NCBI RefSeq assembly: GCF_004010195.1
Contig: NC_057719.1
Span: 46,542,137 to 46,606,136 of the forward strand
DNA: 64,000 bases
DNA from: Chiloscyllium plagiosum
Taxonomy: Eukaryota
Reading direction: 5' to 3'
The translations under genes and the position numbers were made by a program. Below, piece by piece: positions 12,396 through 26,710 of the stretch (positions are counted from its first letter, which is position 1; each line of letters opens with the position of its first letter). The notes below the pieces were generated by a model, which was not told the DNA's origin, ran no database searches, and saw only the letters and a list, made by a program, of their open reading frames with translations.

Positions 12396-14084
12396 GAATG
12401 ATTATTTTATGATGGGAGGAAGAATACATTTTAAAAGTCAAAGTATTCTACAATTTGTGCAGTAAACATTTCAAAAATGGATTTATGTTGAGATAAATTA
12501 ACTCTACTTGGAACTTTTCAAGAAGACTGAATTTTGCTAAGAAATACTTTTATTTAAATAGATAATCATCAAATTCTTATTTTTTTCTGAACCATCGTAG
12601 GATGATCGTCTAACTAGCAACTTTTCACTGCAATGAAAGCAACATTGCATCCATTTAGTGAAGCCTAGGTAATATGAATCTGAGAAAATATAAAAACCTA
12701 CTCTTGATAATGTTGCTTGGTTACTGTATTTGTGAAATTATAAACCATGTGTCTATTTGAAAGTATCTTCACAAAGCCACCATTTGCTTACCTCAAGAGT
12801 TTCACCATGATGTAATTGACATCTGACATCACCTGCCCCTTGCTATTTATTCAGTAATTTACCACACATGTGCCAACTGATTTCACTCATGTGAGTGGCC
12901 CCTGCTATGAAATATAATGCAAAAAGGACCACAAGCAGGCAATATTAAAATCAAAGTGGAATGTTAAGCAGGATGAGGGGCCAGCCAGGTTATGAAAATG
13001 AGCTTTAAAACGATACAGTCCTCTGTGAAATACCCTCTATGTAAACATGGTCCAGCAAGCAGACAGCATCATAAACTGTGAGAGCAAAGCTTAAGTGGTT
13101 TCTCCAATCCTCAAACTCCCTAAATTAAGTTATAACCTGCACTTACTTGTAGCCAAATATATAGACAACTTGTTTCATTTCCCCCATAAATTGAAGATGA
13201 TCATAAAACAGTGAAGTAGACAGTAAGATTTCAGCCACAGGTCTCTGTGAACAGCAGCAAGTTTTCTGATTAAAACATAAATCATTTTCTTTGGCTAAGT
13301 GTAAGTTTTAATTACTTGATCTATGTTACTGCCCGGCCTAAATGCAACCAGACAACTGTCTTCTTCTTCCCAATTTGTAATGATTTTTACTTATCTCGAG
13401 TGTTTTATCAAAAGGAGACTGCAGTACCATTAACATTAAATTGAAAGCAATGTTTGCTTTCAATTAAATAGATATTTATTTACAATATATGTGAACACAT
13501 TATTAAATTAATGAACAGTGAATTGACTTAAATCAAGGAAACCAGCTTGTCTAACCACTTCAGTAGAAAGTTATTAAAATCAAAGTCCAATAAAAAATGT
13601 GGCCCAGGTTTTTCAGCTCCAGTAGACATCACAGGTATGTCGGTCTGATCCTGTCCTCATTCAGCTTGGTATACATTGGTGTAATGCATGTATAGGCCCA
13701 TTTAGTCTCTTGAGCCTGTTTCACCATTCATTTAACTCAGGGCTGATATGTACCTTAATTTGAACTGGCCTCATTTCACAACTTTTAATACCCTTGCCTA
13801 ACAAAAATCAATCGCTCATGGTATTAAAAACATTAATACATTTAGGGCCAGATTTTTATGGAATTGGAAAGACTCTACAGACTTCTTACATATTGCAGGT
13901 GGTACCCAGATATGGATGTTTCTCAGTATTTCCAACTGGTTAAAGTTTGCTGACAAGCTGATAAGAAATAGGGTGTAACTCAAACAGGACGGAAGCCCAA
14001 ACTCAGCATGGATATTTGAATCTAGTGCTACATTCCAATAGACTTTATTTTAACTGTTACAAGAGCCCAATTGTGGGAGGCATA

Positions 14085-15480
14085 TGGAAACATGGAGACT
14101 AGGAGCAAGAGTTGGCCATTAGGTCTAGTTAACCTGATCCTCCATTCAATAGGATCATGTCTGATCCTTTATCCCAATATCAAACTCTCACTCTTTCCCC
14201 ATACCTCTTGGCATAGGGAAGGATTTACAGAGTTAATGGTAGGACCCTGGGGACTGTTGCCAAACATAGAGATCTCGGGATGCAGGTACATAGTTCCTTG
14301 AAAATGGAGTCGCAGCTGGACAGGGTGGGGAAGAAGGCGTTTGGCATACTTGCCTTCATTAGTCAGAACATCGAGTATTGGAGTTGGGATATCATGATGC
14401 AGCTGTACAGGACATTGGCAAGGTCACTTTTAGAATACTGCTTATAATTCTGGTCGCCCATCTATAGGAAGAATGTTGTTAAACTTGAGACAAGATCTAC
14501 AAGGATGTTGCTGGAACTGAAAAGTTTGAGCTGTTGGGAGAAGTTGAAGAGGTTGGGGTTATTTTCTCCTGAAGCATCGCAGGCTGAAGGGTGACTGTAC
14601 AGAGATTTATAAAATCATGAGGGGCACAGATTGGGTAAATAGCCAAGGTGTTTTTTCGCAGGGTAGGGGTGTCCAAAACTAGAGGGCATAAGTTTAAGGT
14701 TAGAAGAGAAAGATTTAAAAAGGACCTGTGGGGTAACTTTTTCATGCAGAGGGCGGTGTGTGTATGGAACGAGCTGCTAAGAAAGTGGTGTGTCCAATTA
14801 CAACATTTAAAAGGTATTTGGATGGGTATATCAATGGGAAAGGTTCAGTGGAAGATGGGCCAAATGCTGGCAAATGGGCCTAGGACAGATTGCAATGACT
14901 GGTTAGCATGGACAAGTTGGACTGAAGGGCCTGTTTCCCTGCTGTATGACTCAATGACATCTTTAAGGTTTAGAAATGTGTGACTTGGCCACCATTACAT
15001 GTGGTAAAGAGTTCCAGGGGTTCACTGCTCTCTAAGTGAATATATTTCTCCACACCTCAGTCCAAACTGGCCTATTGCATATTCTGGAATCATGCCTTCT
15101 TGTTCAGGATCCCCCTAACATCTCTAAACTCTGTCAGAATTGTATTTATTTCAATGAAATTCCCTCTCATTTTTCTAAACTCCAATGAATGCAGGTGCAG
15201 TTGAACCTATTTCACCTCATACAACAAACCTGCCACCTGAGGAATCATTCTCTGATGCACTCTGTCTATGGCAAGTATATGTTTTCTTAAGTAAGAAGAT
15301 CAAACTTGCACACAGTACTCCAGGTGTGGTCCCAAGAAGACACTGTCCAAGACATCTTTACTCAAACCCTCTCTCAATGAAGGCCACCAGACCATTTGCC
15401 TTCCTAACTCTTGCCTTCAGTGACTAGTTTACAAGGATAAGCAAGACACTTTCTTTATATCAACCATCTTTAATCTATCA
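14085..15480 (-). mobile_element. Old CR1 3' fragment, interrupted by a younger CR1
   Basis: Reverse 3' UTR (taggagcaagagttggccatt) at 14085-14210 resumes at ~14960. Confidence 0.65.
14211..14960 (+). mobile_element. CR1 3' fragment, nested
   Basis: ORF 14648..14983 KTRGHKFKVRRERFKKDLWGNFFMQR; tail ctgtatgactcaatgac. Confidence 0.9.
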
Positions 15481-15499
15481 CCATCTGACTGCATTCCCC

Positions 15500-15850
15500 T
15501 GAGAAACCATTTCCCCCAGCAGTATCCAAAACCGGAAATGTTACAGAGGGAGATGGACCCAAGAGGGGCTCCTATACTAGACAGAGCTTTTACTCCATCT
15601 GGTAGTCACCCATTCCTTTTCTGCATGAGCAATATTTATCTGCCATGTGACCACCTCACTGTACGTACTATCCTCAAAGGTCTCAGTGCTACGGATGCTC
15701 CACAGCCACTATTCCAGTGTCAAAATGAGAATTTTGAGTAGCTACATCAGGAGACATTTCTTGTCACCCTAAACATCGGATGTGTCCCTGGTTTTCCACA
15801 TCACACAGGAGGAAGATTCTATCTGCCTGAGCTATGTTACCCTTAAATTA
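15500..15850 (-). mobile_element. Possible CR1 ORF1 N-terminal relic
   Basis: Minus-strand SSCVMWKTRDT..KKCL resembles CSSCDMWEI at ~34390. Confidence 0.4.
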
Positions 15851-16984
15851 CTCCCTTCCCAATTATTTAATATAGCTTAAAGCATATTAAAAATATGAGT
15901 GTCCTTACCTTACTTGTTATATATTAAATTCTCCTTTATCTAAACCAAATCTAAACTAAAAACCATGTTTTCACTCTAAATCCTGTAAAGTAGAAATGCT
16001 CATGCATGTGCTGCTCACTGCTAGGTTTCTCTGCTGTCTGCTCCTCAAGCAATGAACTTGTGGCTTTCTTGTGATGTTTCAAACTCAGCCCTTTCCCAAG
16101 TAGAAGTGTTTCTGTAGGTCTCGGGTTCTCTCAGTTTCCTGGAAGGAAGATGTTCCAAACAGAAGGTGCTTCTTTCATTTGTCCTTCAAAATGATGCTGA
16201 CTGTCTTTGGTTCCTTTTATTGCCAGCTCTTCATGATTGAGAGAGTAGATTTACCATTTTTTAAGAATGGATGTAGTCTGTTTCAGTGTTATGGTCTGGC
16301 ATTTTTAAAATTCCCACTATCTAAGCATAAAAAGCACTCCTTTGATTGACTGACCATTTCATGTAGGTTATATAAAACAAAATCACCATCTCTACTAACA
16401 CCATTGTTATTTTCCCAAGGGCTATTATTATGTCATAATGAACACGTGGCTGAGTTTCAAACACTACAATTATCTCAGAGAGAGTTCTGAATTCACAGTT
16501 GGACCATTTAGAGAGCTATTAAAGTATTAAATGTCTTTGAAATGGGATCTGAAAAGGAGTTTGCTTCTTTTTATAAGAGACTAACTACTTGAGGACACAT
16601 ACATTTTGAATAGATGTCTTGAATAGGAATTCTTTAGTCTATTAACTGTGTGTGAAACAAACTGCATGAGATTGTCAGATTTATGTTTTTCATCTCTCCA
16701 TGGCTCCTGAGGTCATTCTAAGGTGGATCATGGGTGAGTGGCTATTGGGGTAATATGTAGATATGAGGTGACATGGGAGTGTGTGGGGGGTAGACATGTG
16801 TGGATGTAATGATTGCATGGGAGTATGACAGGCTATGACATGTGGGTGGGAGTGTGAGGGGTAAAGGATAAAGAGAGTAACAGCATTTTTAAAACCTGAG
16901 CTAAAATTCCACAGCTGGCCTTCTAATCAGGCTGTTTGGACATTTGACTTTGTGACCATCCAGGTTCTTTTTCCAAGGCATGGC

Positions 16985-17451
16985 ATAGAGTCATAGAGAT
17001 GTACAGCATGGAAACTGACCCTTCCCAGTCCAACTCATCCATGCCGATCAGATATCCCAACCCACTCTAGTCCCACTGCCAGTACCCGGCCCATATCCCT
17101 CCAAAATCTTCCTATTCATATACCCATCCAAATGCATCTTAAACGTTGCAATTGTACCAGCCTCCACCACTTCCTCTGGAAGCTCATTCCATACACGTAC
17201 CACCCTCTGTGTGAAAAAGTTGCCCCTTAGGTCTCTTTTATATCTTTCCCCTCTCACTCTAAACCTATGCCCTTTAGTTCTGGACTCCCCGACCCCAGGG
17301 AAAAGACTTTGTCTATTTACCCTATCCATGCCCCTCATAATTTTGTAAACCTCTATAAGGTCACCCCTCAGCCTCTGGCGCTCCAGGCAAAACAGCCCCA
17401 GCCTATTCAGCCTCTCCCTATAGCTCAAATCCTTCAACCCTGGCAACATCC
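16985..17451 (-). mobile_element. Young CR1 3' end
   Basis: ORF 17048..17449 MLPGLKDLSYRERLNRLGLF...; reverse tail catagagtcatagag. Confidence 0.95.
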
Positions 17452-19921
17452 TATCCCACCTCCAGTTCCCAGAGCAAAAATTGGATCTTTAAATGAGATA
17501 CGTCTGTACGTTTCCAAACTGAACTATCTGCCTTGAAATCCAGCCCCTAATCTCCAAATATTTTGGTGCTGAGATGGTCAGGAATGTTGTGGAGGGGAGG
17601 AGGGGCAAGAGTTCCAGATATAACTTTATAAAAATAAGCGTTTTTGATATCACTCCTAAATAGATCAGCTCTAATCTATGTCCTCTAGTTTTGGGATTTC
17701 TAACACAGAAAATTGTTTTGAAAGTATGTTCTCTGCAGGAAACAAAAAGAACACACTGGACTTTAAAATCAAATGACAAATGATATGGAGAAATTACTTG
17801 TTTTGATACTGGAATAGCTATCTTATGTTCAATTCTGCCTATGAAATATTATAACATTATAAAATAAATTATAAAATTGAAAATTCTGTTCATTTGTGAG
17901 CTAGTATGAGAAACACTACTGCTTCCATTGTTATGAAAATATAACTGATTCACAAATATCTTTCCAGAAAGGAAATCTGGTACCTCTACCTGTTCATCTG
18001 TCACTCTCTTTCCACACTCTTATTAAATCTTAATACCCTCAGGGTAATTTGTAATAAGAAATAAATACAGCCCCCATCAGCATTTACCATTTGACACAAC
18101 AAGTAGAAAAAAAAAGTGGATGTTTTAGCATTACTTTGGGAAATGTATCACAGACAAAGTCTGTATTACTTCACATGCAGCCTTATTTATGGTCCAAAAG
18201 AGTCAAGATGATTTGTGTTCTGTTGCTGCACTGTAACTTTATGCAACACTGTATTTCACAAAAATACATTTTTGTGTAAGATATTTCATGATGCAACACA
18301 GGTGCAAATTACTAGCTGGTCACTGCGGAAGGAGATATTGCAGAAATGCCTGACTGTTGTGAAATAACTACTGTTCGATGGTTCAGACTACACAGAATTT
18401 TGAATGTGTAGAGATTGTATTGCTCTTCATTGCTTAATATGGGTAGAAATTCTTCTAAATTATTGTCAGCACATGTTTCAAAATATTAATGTATATTCTC
18501 ATTGATAAGTGTACTCCAGCACTAGTTTACAATCCTTAAGTATGTAATCCTTATTTGATTATGATGTCCTCTTCCAAAATATTCAAATAGAATCTGACTA
18601 ATGTTTTCTTTTCCATCTTCTGAAAGAGGAAGCCATGATGGGGTAAGAGATTATTTTCTAATCGCATCTTGAGCAAACATATTGAACTAAAGAAGACAGC
18701 TCATTTTCTCACCCTTATGATTCTCTACAAGTGCTTGCTATTGACCTTTTTTTCCCTACACAGAGTTTGACACTTCAGAACTAACAAAAACCTTGTCACA
18801 TTTTGATCAGCCTTGCTTTGTAGCCTTGAACTTGCTCCTTGAACTTACTCCATTGCCTCACAATAAAGTGCTCATCGCCTGTGGGAAAATGTTAACTCTC
18901 TCGCGGCTTGTGTTTGGATATATGAGCAGAAATAATATGGAGGCTTAACTGGACCAACACATACTTTTAAACAGGGTTTTGATAGACAGATTGTACTTAG
19001 TTTCTATCTCCTGGCACTAAAAGACAACCAGGGACTCAATTTCTCATTAAAAACCTGAGAACAATTAGATGCATTATCCTGCTATAGCAGACACCTGGCG
19101 ATCTCGGACTTCCACATAAAAATGCAATTCATCTTTCATATCAGTTAACAGCATTGACTCACTGCCTTTATATCAAACAGTTATGGAAGGGGGCATGGGT
19201 GCAAAGTGTTGCAGTGGTCTTTCAGTTTTTAAAGATAAAGCTGCTGTTAGACATGAGTATTTTCGTAAAACCATGATTTTTAAAAAATCTGCTTCTGGAA
19301 CAAGGCTAGTACTTAGAAATAAATGTTTGATCCACAGACAATACAATCTAGCAGAATTGGTTTCACTTGAAATATTGTTGTCTCATGAAAGATGACTTGA
19401 AAGCAGTGCAGGTAAATTCCCCAACAAAATTTTCAACCTGGGGTGTAATTATAACAATATTTCTATAATGTGCCTTGATATTCTGTGTCTAACGGAAAAG
19501 TTTAGAATTCATTTTAGCTGATTCTCCTTTACTGTTTAAGATAAAGATCAAAAAACTCTCCAAATGATTTCATCTGGACAGTAGACAAAACAGATATAGT
19601 CTTTCAAGATTTCAAGCTTTTGAACCCCGAATTATAATAAACATGGTTCCTAATCATAAAGTGAACAGTAATTAAGGTTTCACAACCCCTACTTTATATT
19701 CTCATCTGCTTCCCCTTTGTGGACTATTTTCTTCCAAAAGAGAGTTGCTGCTTCACAATTAATAAACACATTAGATCATTTTCTCTTTATATGTATTTAG
19801 TTATTTAATTAATATATCTCTTCATATGCCATTTTCAGAGAAGGCTGCACCACTATTTTAAAGACATTTTAATTATTAAACATGTTACAATTCCAGACGC
19901 AGCACAACTCAAACCCCATAG

Positions 19922-20300
19922 AAATAAAGGCAAAATACTGTGGATGCCAGAAATCTGAAACAAACACAGAGAATGCTAGGGAAGCTCAGCAGGTCAGGGG
20001 CAGCATCTATGAGAGAGAAACAGTGTTAATGCATTGAGGCTGGTATAACTCTTCTTCAGAATGATTTCAAACTGTTCCTGCCACAACTGAATGTAATTCT
20101 TCCTATCTCAACTTTATTTATCCCCTCTTGTTCAGTCTTTCGTCACTTACATTCTTCTGATGCCTTACGTCAGTTCCATAATTTCCAGTTTTCTTGCTAG
20201 GAGTTTTGTAAAGTTCATACCAGACTTGAAATTTTCACTGTTTCTCTTTCTGTGGATGTTGCCGAACCTGTTGACTTTCTCCAGCGTCCTCCATGTTTGC
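19922..20300. mobile_element. Old PLE-derived inverted element, family C
   Basis: Left arm gctcagcaggtca..gcagcatct..ctcttcttcagaa; right arm ctgtttctct..gatgttgccgaacctgttgactttctccagc; decayed hammerhead core. Confidence 0.7.
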
Positions 20301-21044
20301 TTAAGGCACATGGAGATTATGTGTTTTGTAAAGGTTTTCATCTTCCAAAGTATGACGGAACACTGATTATTGGCCACAAACAGTGAGAACAATAGATGAC
20401 TTGCTATATTTGCAGAAAACAAAATCAAAATCTGTAAAGAGAAAGGACATTTCAGGGAAAGGAAATAACATTTATGTGTGTGTGTTTCAGAAGAAAATGG
20501 TGTAATGTCTTCATTTGTTGTTTTTCCCTTTGCAGGATAACTAAGTTGTTGTGTAATTCTTCCAGTTTCTGCCCCTAATGCACATTGGTATTTGTTCTGC
20601 CTTTCCTTTTGCCTGGCTATCTCAGTGCTATCTAGTGGTGCTCAGCCCAATTATTTTTGACAGCAAGATCAGCTAACACTGCAACAGATAATCAGTGATC
20701 TGTAGCTCCCAATTACCCTATCCATCAGCCTGTGTATTCAGCCTCACTGGCATGGTAGTTCATTTAAACTGGCAAGCTCTTTATTTCTTTTAAAATCTGG
20801 AGTTGAGCTCAGATAAGCACTGTGTAGCTTGCCAATGAGATCATTAGAAGTGTATACACATTGGGATAGAATTTAATTTTGTGCAACAGTGTAAAGTAAC
20901 TGATAGCTAATCATCAATCTGCTTTCCATCATGCCTGATTAAAAATGGGAGAGATTTGCTATTACACAAGTGTACAAAATCAGAATCTACTTCACTGAAT
21001 TTTGAACTGATCTGTGTTACTGAGGAGTTGGCACGGGAAAACAT

Positions 21045-22230
21045 ACAGCAGAATAGGACCAGGAGCAGACTAATCAGTCCCATCAGGCTTCTTCAATTAT
21101 TCATGCAAATCGTTACTACTCATGAAGTCTTAGAGCCGTAGAGTCGTACAGCATGGAAACAGACCCTTCGGTCCAACTTGTCTGTGCTGACCAAACATTC
21201 CATTTTGACCTAGTCCCATTTGCCAGTATTTGACCATATCCCTAGAAACCTTTCCTGCTCATATACCCAAATGCCTCTACAACTTCGCCCAGCAGCTCGA
21301 TCCATACGCACACTGCCCACCTCCGTGAACAAGTTATCCATCAGGTCTTTTTAAATCTTTCCCCTCTCACCTTAAACCCATGCCTTCTAGCTTTGGACTC
21401 CCCTAATCTAGAAAAAAGACTTTGGCTATTCACACAATCCATACCCCTCATGCTTTTATAAACCTCTATAAGGTCACTCCTCAGCTCTGTATTTCAATTT
21501 CCATTATCCAGCTTTGTTCCATATCGATTAATATTTTTACCTAACAAAAGCTGATTGACGCCCTCTGAAAATTACAACTGATTCATCATCTACTGCTTTG
21601 TGAGACAGCTAGTTCCAGATTACCACTACATTTTATATGCAAGGTCTTCAATTTATTCATAAGTACCTTGACCTAATGTAGGGATTATACCTCTACATTC
21701 TGGTTTCTTCAGGCAGGGGAAAGATTTTTTTGCAGTTATTTCTGTTGAAACACTTTATCATTTCAAGCACATCAGTTATTTGTAACCTCCTAAACTCAAA
21801 GGAACACAAACCAAACCTATGCAGGCTCTCATCATATTGCCTTTCAACTTTATTAACATTCTGCTGAACTGTGCAGTGCCCTTTCCAAGACCAATAGCTT
21901 TCTTAAAGTTCCATAGTAAAACAGAGCACAGATCTCCAAAAGGAGCCTGGCAGAGGCTCTGAACAACTGAAGAGTCACTTCTTCATTTTTGGATTCCAAC
22001 CCCCATGAAATGAACACCAATATTCCATCTACCTTTCTGATTATTTTTGTAGCTGTATTAGCTGACGAGGATATTTGAACATGGCCACCCATATCCCTCT
22101 GTTTGTCACAGTGCCTAATCTCTCATCATTGATATTTTGATTTGTCTTTATCAGATCCTAAATGAATAAATAAGCACTTTTTGCATTGAAGATTATCTGC
22201 CTTAGTGTTACACACTTGCTAAGTAAGTCT
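21045..22230 (-). mobile_element. Old CR1 fragment with nested CR1 3' end (21130-21486, -)
   Basis: ORF 21853..22092 IIRKVDGILVFISWGLE..LQLFRA..LLEIC; nested tagagccgtagagtcgtacagcatggaaacagacc. Confidence 0.75.
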
Positions 22231-22559
22231 TTGAATGAATTTTAATGCTGTCCATTGTGGAAAGTTGAGTATTGGGTGTCAAGAGGGTGGGAGTGTGGGG
22301 GCAGGTAGAGGAATTAATCAGGCAGGATGCAGGGACATGGGGCTTGTTGCTTTTTCACCGCTACTCTGATTAGGTCTGTGGACCACCAATGCTGTTATGC
22401 ACCCAATTGTAGGTAGGGGAATCATCCTGTAGGAAGTGTACCTCATTGCTAGGCTTTCAGTGTCAGATTGAAGGATCCAGCATAGAATCATCCCAGCACC
22501 TGAAAAACATGGGCTTTAGCAAGAAAGTTTGGAAAATAGATTGAGATCAGCAAGAATGA

Positions 22560-23880
22560 AATTCTCAACTTGGAGAGAAAAAAGTTCTATACTCCATGTT
22601 GAATGGTGAGAGGAGAATCTCGCTAGTTGCATTGAGAGGCTCATTTTCATTAATTTGCGTGCCTTAACATCTCATTGCTATCTAATCTCACCTCATTTAT
22701 AAGTAGATTCGCATTCTCTCCCACGTATGATAGAAACTAGAACTGACAATTCCCAACATGAAAGTCAGAACGGTTATGTGGCCATTCCAGCTCTGCTTGA
22801 TCCTCTGAGCCCTCATCTTGGTTACACAGTGAACAACACAGGGGTGCTGCCTGGCCACGATGGAGGGACAGTGCAACCCGATGGATGGTGTGACTAAGCT
22901 ATAGGGTTGGAGCTCAGGGGGGAATGTTAAGAGGTGAAGTCATGATTTAAAGAGGTTTGCAGGCATGTGTGGAGGATCCGTACCAATGGACTCAATTGGA
23001 GTACAAAGAAGAAAGGAACATGGAGATTCAGGAAGGCTGTTTAATTAACAGGCTGAGCCTGTGACTTGCAGCACCCAGCACAAACTGCATTGTCTGCCAT
23101 ACTCATGAAAATCACAAATGCACACTGGAAACGGAAAATGGCTGCCACACCACAGTCAGAGCGGATGGAGTAAGTTTTTATTTCTGGCTGAGCAGGCAAG
23201 CTGAACTCATGAGTGATATGGACTTCAAAAGTAATTGCAATGATCAGGCACATTCACAGTAAAAGGACTACCACTGTAGTCCACAGGGAGAGACACCAAC
23301 AAGCTGTGGGTCACCATGCCTCAGGCAAAGTGGAGAAGGTGGGACCTTCAGGTGTTGTTGAATGAATGTGAATGGGAGTGATTGTTTGGAACTATTTCAT
23401 TATGTGATGGTCCCACACTGAACTATGAGAAGATGTTTGGTGACATTGGGCATTGTGGAAACAGTAACGCTCTGTTAGTCAGGGTTCTAAGATGGAGAGA
23501 TGCTAAGGGCGGTTAAACTATGGAGCTTCTTTCTTGAATAGCAATGCATTTATGAATGTCCACTTGTATTTGCAAAGACGTGTCAGCTGTGGAACTGTAT
23601 ACTCTGAGAGGAGTTGCCTTTGGCCACTGTGTGCATGTTGAAGGGCAGCCCTTGACTGGCAGGGATTGACTGGGTGCATGGCTGGGCTTTAAATATTTCC
23701 AGTACCAAGACTCCCCGAGAGGTCTCAACAGTGGTGAGTCATTCCACCTGCAACAAAGAATGAGGATCAGGGCACCATATTAGGCAAGGTACACAGTTAC
23801 TAAAGCAAGTTTAAGGGAACAATATGAGAAAACACACTAGGCCTCATGGAGAGAAAGCCTTCATGAAACTTGCCAGCATT
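22560..23880 (+). mobile_element. Possible decayed Harbinger-type element
   Basis: Weak peptide ACDLQHPAQTALSAILMKITNA resembling the GDL.GISQ....I..VT.A segment of HARBI1-like transposases; non-coding now. Confidence 0.3.
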
Positions 23881-24769
23881 GACACTTAGTTGATTTCTGG
23901 TAAAATTCATTCCCCAAATTGGGAAGAAAGGGGCCTGTTAAGAACCAGCACTGATTTGCTGCTCCTCCTCCATGCTCTTTATCCCATGAGCTGCCATCTC
24001 TCACCCATGCCTGACTTAATGATGATCCTGGGCTTCAGGAAGATGTAGTTCTAGCAGCAATCTCTTGGTGGCGCTCTCAAGCCACAAAGAGTTGCCAGCC
24101 TTTGCTTGTCTGAGAATTTTTGGCAGGAGGGGCTACTTCCGTTTGATCCCAGGGAAGGTTGCTGCTGCCAGGTTAAGTATCTGATTTGCACTTAATGGTG
24201 AAGGCGTTCCTCAAAAGAGACAAAGTGCAGTCCTCACCAGCTCTCTGTGTGGCAGTCATAACCACCGTCACTTCCAGTAGATATGAAGGAGTTGACCTTG
24301 ACTGAGTGGTGCAGACTGGCACATTCCAAAGTCCAGGAGTATGTGCCAAGGATGTGCTGAAACTTGGGGCAGCTGCAGTCCAAGATGCAGTGGGGAAAGA
24401 CCACCATGTAAGGTACTTCTGCCAAAGAATATGGGAGTCCATTCAGTAACTGGGCTTTGCTGACACCTCAGCTAAATGCCAAGAGGTTGATTGTAAACAT
24501 AAAGAATTGTAAACATCTACAACTCAATTTGTTCTGTGCAAGTAAAGACAATATATGTCTGAACGACATCAACAGTACATGTACCAAAGATTTATATGAA
24601 TAAAGTATATTTTTGAAATACAAAATAATTGCCCAATGTTGCCTTATGACTTCCTGCTTCCATCCATACAACCTATTTGTTGCCTTCTGAGGTGTGATCT
24701 GAAAACTTGGATATATTTAAATCAAGTAATTAATATTCGTGGTGAAATGCTAAGGTTTATGTTCAGATC

Positions 24770-25300
24770 GCTGGTGAATGCTAGTTGTCACATCCCCCAC
24801 TAACAGAACTAACTCTTTTTCCCTACTGTCTCCAGCTTCCCAACTAATTATCGACCCATGTCACAAGGTTACCTCCAATTCTGTACACTCTCATTTGTTT
24901 TAATAATCTCTTTTGCAGACTCTTTTCAAATGTCTTCCGGAAGTTCATGTAGATAACATCCATACACACTCCCCTATCAACTATGCTAGTGACCTTGTTA
25001 AGAAAAAAATCAATTAGATTAGTCAGCTATGACCTCCCCTTGACAAATCCATGCTGACTTTCTTTGATCAACTAATACTTGTCCAAGTGCTCAGTCACTC
25101 TGTCTCTGATGATTGATTCCAGCAACTCCCATAGAATTGATGTTAAACTGCCAATTCTGCAGCTATCTGGTCTCTCCTTCCCTCTTTTCTTAAATCATGA
25201 AGTTATGTCGCAGTTTTTCAAACCAAAAATAGGTTTACTGAATTGAGACAGCTGTAGAAAATTATAACGAATGCAACTTCAAACTTCTCATCCTTTGAGA
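24770..25300 (-). mobile_element. Old CR1 RT fragment
   Basis: Reverse SQHGFVKGRS.LTNLI and VDVIYMNFRKTFEK. Confidence 0.8.
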
Positions 25301-25732
25301 CATTTTGCCAATTCCGACAGGTCTTTAACTGGGACTCTCAGTGACAACTTTGGGCACAAACTGCACATTAAACTGTAGCCTGAGTTGGGAAGCCGCTGGC
25401 TTAACCAACCAAGTGAAGACTGGGGGGCTGGGAATCCAGAGTGAGAGGAATTCCAAACAGGTAATTTTATTTACTTTCACCTCTCAAAATCTTCCCTCAC
25501 CATGAAACTGCATGTGTTTCCTGTGCATACTGCCTGCATTTTAAATATCAATTACAATTGCATAGGAAATGTGGAAAAGTAAAAGAGTGGAAGTCACCCC
25601 AATAATGGGAATTGTATACCAGAGGTCAAATTCATGTCTTTTGCTTCCTGGAGTGATTGATCAAGCAATCCCTTAAATCACAAGTCAATAAATATTCTGG
25701 TAATCCAAGCATAAGAAACCTAACAGGAGTTT

Positions 25733-25835
25733 GGAAATCAGAAACAGAAATTGCTGGAGAAATTCAGCAGGTCTGGCCACATCTGTGAGGGAAAGCGGAG
25801 TTACCGTTTTGGGTCCAGTGACTCTTCTTCAGAAC
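25733..25835 (-). mobile_element. PLE terminal fragment, family C, with decayed hammerhead
   Basis: Reverse gttCTGAAGAagagtcactggacccAAAACGGTaac. Confidence 0.7.
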
Positions 25836-25996
25836 TTTAACTTGGCAAATACCTGGTCAAACACTAGAAATGATAGCAAAATGAGTGATGGTGAACAACA
25901 AAAAAGATTAGAATGGAAATCCTGTCAGAGAGTGGAGCAAAACTTCTACAAGGTGGTCATACCTGGAAAAGTTGTGGCACTTCCAGATAAATACTA

Positions 25997-26130
25997 GACA
26001 AAAAAACTGCAGATGATGCTGAAATCAGAAGCAAAAACAAAAATTGCCAGAGAAGCTCAGCAGGTCTGGCAGCATTGTGGAGAAAAAACAAATTTAATGT
26101 TTCAGGTCCAGTGACCCTTCGTCAGAGCTG
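25997..26130 (-). mobile_element. PLE terminal fragment, family C, with hammerhead-like core
   Basis: Reverse CTGACGAa-gggtc-actg-gacct-GAAACATT. Confidence 0.75.
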
Positions 26131-26142
26131 ACAAGAATTTGG

Positions 26143-26349
26143 TGTTGTAATTGTCTTGGGATCTGATTACCTGAATAGCTTGACAATTGCCCAAGCTTTC
26201 ATTCTAGATGGAGTGAATCCTTGGTCCAATCAGGGAGCCCTGGCTGACAGGTATAAACAGTCATGTTGCTGGACCAGTGTCAAGCACCACACATGTGTAA
26301 GTAAAGGGTGACTTGGTGACAGGATACGGGCCTCTGAGGAGTTACTTCA
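26143..26349 (+). mobile_element. Short LTR-like sequence
   Basis: TG...CA ends, CCAAT, TATAAA and AGTAAA motifs; homologous to 42345-42510 (gagccctggctg.cag.tataa); no TSD found. Confidence 0.5.
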
Positions 26350-26354
26350 AATAC

Positions 26355-26710
26355 CATTAACCAAAAGAAAATTATCTCAATTTTGAATCTGTCGATTGAC
26401 CCCAAGCCTCAATAGCTTCTTAAAAGGAGAGGTTTCTAAACCTTTATCGTCCTTTTTTCTGAAGAATTTCTTGCAGTCATCCTGGCATCAATTTCTTTCT
26501 TATGTTCTGTTTTGCTGCTCTGTGAAATCTCTTAATCATCTTAAACACATCAATCATCTTAATCATCTACCCTCGAGGGAATAGAAGCCTATTCTGTCCA
26601 ACCTTTCCTCATCATTTTATCCTTTTTAACCCTAATATTGTTTTAGTGAATCTGTATTGAGGTCCCTCCAGCAACAGTACATCCTTCCGAAGGTGCATTG
26701 CCCAAAACGT
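26355..26710 (-). mobile_element. Old CR1 3' fragment
   Basis: Reverse gaaattcttc, gaggaaaggttggacagaataggc and ggaaggatgtactgttgctggaggg segments. Confidence 0.6.

Noticed and set aside
18764..18948. Acceptor followed by a ~60-codon open frame (possible terminal exon)
   Set aside because: Peptide not recognised, no partner exons, and the length is within chance expectation
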